The notes under the pieces were generated by a model. That model saw only the letters and a program-made list of their open reading frames with translations, did not search any database and was not told where the DNA came from. A stretch of DNA of 64,000 nt from the NCBI GenBank assembly GCA_963747235.1, contig CAVVEU010000002.1, forward strand, positions 1 to 64,000, given 5' to 3'. The position numbers and the translations under genes were made by a program. Of this stretch, positions 61,945 through 64,000 are shown one piece after another; positions within the stretch are counted from its first letter, which is position 1, and the number at the start of each line of letters is the position of its first letter. The stretch comes from an uncultured Candidatus Rokubacteria bacterium. Lineage in GTDB: Bacteria > Methylomirabilota > Methylomirabilia > Rokubacteriales > CSP1-6.

Positions 61945-62766
61945 GGCGCGAGCATCCGGTAGGCCGCGAAGAACGCGAGCGCGGCCAGGTAGCCGGGCAG
62001 GAGGCTGCCGCTCCAGGCGCGCAGCGCGCAGGCGATCAGCCCAACCAGGCCCAGGTAGAACACGGCCCCCGCGCGCGCCTCCGCCGCGTGCGGCAGGGCG
62101 GGATCGACCAGGTAGCGCAGGAGCGACAGCGCCGTCGTCAGCAGCGCGGCCGGCCAGAACGACCAGCGCCGCCAGAGCAGCGAGAACACCGCGCCCCGGA
62201 ACAGCCACTCCGCGCTGAGGCGCGTTGGCGCCCACGTCGTACGCGAGCGCCGAGAGATACGGCGGCAGGCCGCCCGGGTGCAGCCGATAGCCGAAGGTCC
62301 GCGACGCGGTGACGAGCAGGTGCGCGCCGAGGAATGCCCCGACCGCCAGGCCCGCCGCCGCGTGGACCGGCCGGGCGCCCCCGAGCCCGAGGGCGCGCAG
62401 GCGCGGCCGCCGCCGCGCTTCGAGCAGCAGCAGTCCGGGCACGAGAAGGAACGCGAGGGCGCCCAGCGGGTGCAGACGCGCGGTCACCGAGGCCAGGAGC
62501 AGCGCGGCACCGAGCCGGACGACCGGCCCGGGCCAGCCGGCGGCCGCGTCGGTCGCGAGCAGCCAGCCCAGCGCGAGCAGTCCCCCGTGGACGGCCCCGC
62601 TGGCCAGGGCGTGGCCGAGCGAGAGCGGAGCCACCCCGGTCCACTCCAGCGCAAGGCCCGCCGTCGCGAGCAGCGCGACCGCGCCCGCCACCTGCCCGTA
62701 GGCCCGGGCCGGCCCGCGCGGCGGCGCCAGCGCGCCGGGCTCAAACGGCGCGCTCAGGAGCCGCAT
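61941..62766 (-). CDS. CPBP-like polytopic membrane protein (frameshift near 62220)
   Basis: AEWLFRG and WSGSLLPG segments; many TM; catalytic motifs look degenerate. Confidence 0.6.
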
Positions 62767-63497
62767 CGTCGGTCAGGCGGAGACAGAGGGCGGCCAGGCG
62801 GGCATCGAGCGTCTCGCCCGCTTCCGATTCGAGGTGGCGCACCACGTCGGCCCGCGGCCAGGCGCGGCCGATAGGGGCGATCCGAGGTGAGCGCGTCGTA
62901 GACGTCGGCCACCGCCACGATGCGCGCGCCCAGGGGGATCAGCTCGCCGCGCAGGCCGTCGGGGTAGCCGCTGCCGTCGTGCCGCTCGTGATGGTGCCGC
63001 ACGATGACCGCGCCGTCGGCGAAGAACTCGAGCGGGGCGACGATCTGGGCGCCGACGATCGGATGCCGGCGCATCACCGCCCACTCCTCGTCGCTGAGCG
63101 GGCCGGGCTTGCGCAGGACCGACTCCGGGATGCCGATCTTCCCCAGATCGTGCAGGAGCCCGGCCTGCGCGATGGTGTCGGCGGCCCCGGGCGCGACGCC
63201 GGCGGCGAGCGCGAGGCGCCGCGCGAGCGCCGCGACGCGCTCGGAGTGCCCGCGCGTGTAGACGTCCTTGGCCTCGAGCGCGTTGGCCAGGCCGAGCAGG
63301 CTCTGGAAGCTCGACTGCTGCAGGCGCCGGTACGTCTTGCGGAGATCGATCGCGTACTGCAGCGACTGCTGATACGCCGCGCGCAGGCGCGCCTGCGTCT
63401 GCTCGAGCTCGCGCTCCCGCGCCCGCGAGGTCTCGTAGAGCGACTTGAGATCGCGCGCGTAGGACAGCGCCTGCGAGAGCCCTACCTGGCCGGCCAT
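62741..63497 (-). CDS. HD-GYP phosphodiesterase (frameshift near 62855)
   Basis: GHSERV, LLHDLGK, HHERHDGSGYPDGL, DVYDALTSDRPYR. Confidence 0.92.
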
Positions 63498-63868
63498 ACC
63501 GAGGCCTCCGGCACGAGCGAGCGCACCAGCGTCAGCAGGGCGAGCGGCGAGAAGGGCTTGGTCAGGTAGTGATCGGCGCCCGCCTCGAGCCCGCGGCGGC
63601 GGTCGGCCGCCTGCGCCGCCGCGGTGAGCATGACGATGCGGGTATGCGCGCACTCGGGCACCTGACGGAGCTGCCGGCAGGCCTCCAGCCCGTTGAGGCG
63701 CGGCATCTGCACGTCGAGCAGGGCCACGTCGGGGCGCTCGCGCCGCGCCAGGGCCACCGCGGCGGCCCCGTCGGCGGCGTCCACGATCCGCACGTGCGCG
63801 TCTTCGAGGGTGAAGCGAACCAGGTCCACGATTGCGGGTTCATCGTCGGCGATCAGGATGGTCATCAT
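63482..63868 (-). CDS. Single-domain response regulator
   Basis: ILIADDE, LLDVQMP, MLTA, TKPFSP. Confidence 0.92.
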   Translation of the reverse strand: MMTILIADDEPAIVDLVRFTLEDAHVRIVDAADGAAAVALARRERPDVALLDVQMPRLNGLEACRQLRQVPECAHTRIVMLTAAAQAADRRRGLEAGADHYLTKPFSPLALLTLVRSLVPEASVWPAR

Positions 63869-64000
63869 GCCCGCTCGTAGATTGCGAGGGGCGTGCCACG
63901 GGAGAAGCCGCACGGAATCAGCCGCTTGCGATCAGATCGCGGCGGGGAATGCCTGAGGCGCTGGGCAGCGCGCGGGCGCCTCCTGCCCCGCGCGAAGGGC

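Noticed and set aside
60418-62766. 782-aa membrane protein-kinase fusion in the ORF track (likewise 20099-22690)
   Set aside because: Better explained by an indel joining two adjacent genes, since the linking segment is out-of-frame sequence

Overview
This is a very GC-rich bacterial chromosomal window. Gene content and style resemble Ca. Rokubacteria/Methylomirabilota, which is an inference, not a measured result. About 15 otherwise intact genes carry single-base frameshifts, pointing to uncorrected long-read indels. The window holds about 60 CDS, mostly on the minus strand. These include two Liv-type ABC operons (one leading into an amidase, cyclic amidohydrolase, isochorismatase, MaoC and CitE cluster), envelope glycosylation genes (GT2, ArnT-like, rmlABC), housekeeping genes (greA, ppiD-like, trmI, rph, rdgB, smpB, ubiX) and signalling genes. 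RNA genes are tRNA-Arg(UCU), tRNA-Pro(UGG), tRNA-Leu(CAG) and tmRNA. No CRISPR array, integrase or transposase was seen. Highlights: (1) a rhodanese-MoeB gene that the ORF track splits at an in-frame TGA exactly where the E1-type Cys lies, followed by a SECIS-like hairpin, so probably a 411-aa selenoprotein; (2) an orphan DGQHR (DndB-like) gene whose sigma70-like promoter is preceded by a DnaA-box cluster; (3) a perfect 35-bp inverted repeat enclosing a branched fold; (4) a decayed 5'-half tRNA-Arg copy with a UCG anticodon inside a small islet between two tRNAs; (5) an orphan six-heme ActA-like cytochrome and a TetR/beta-barrel/heme-lipoprotein module.
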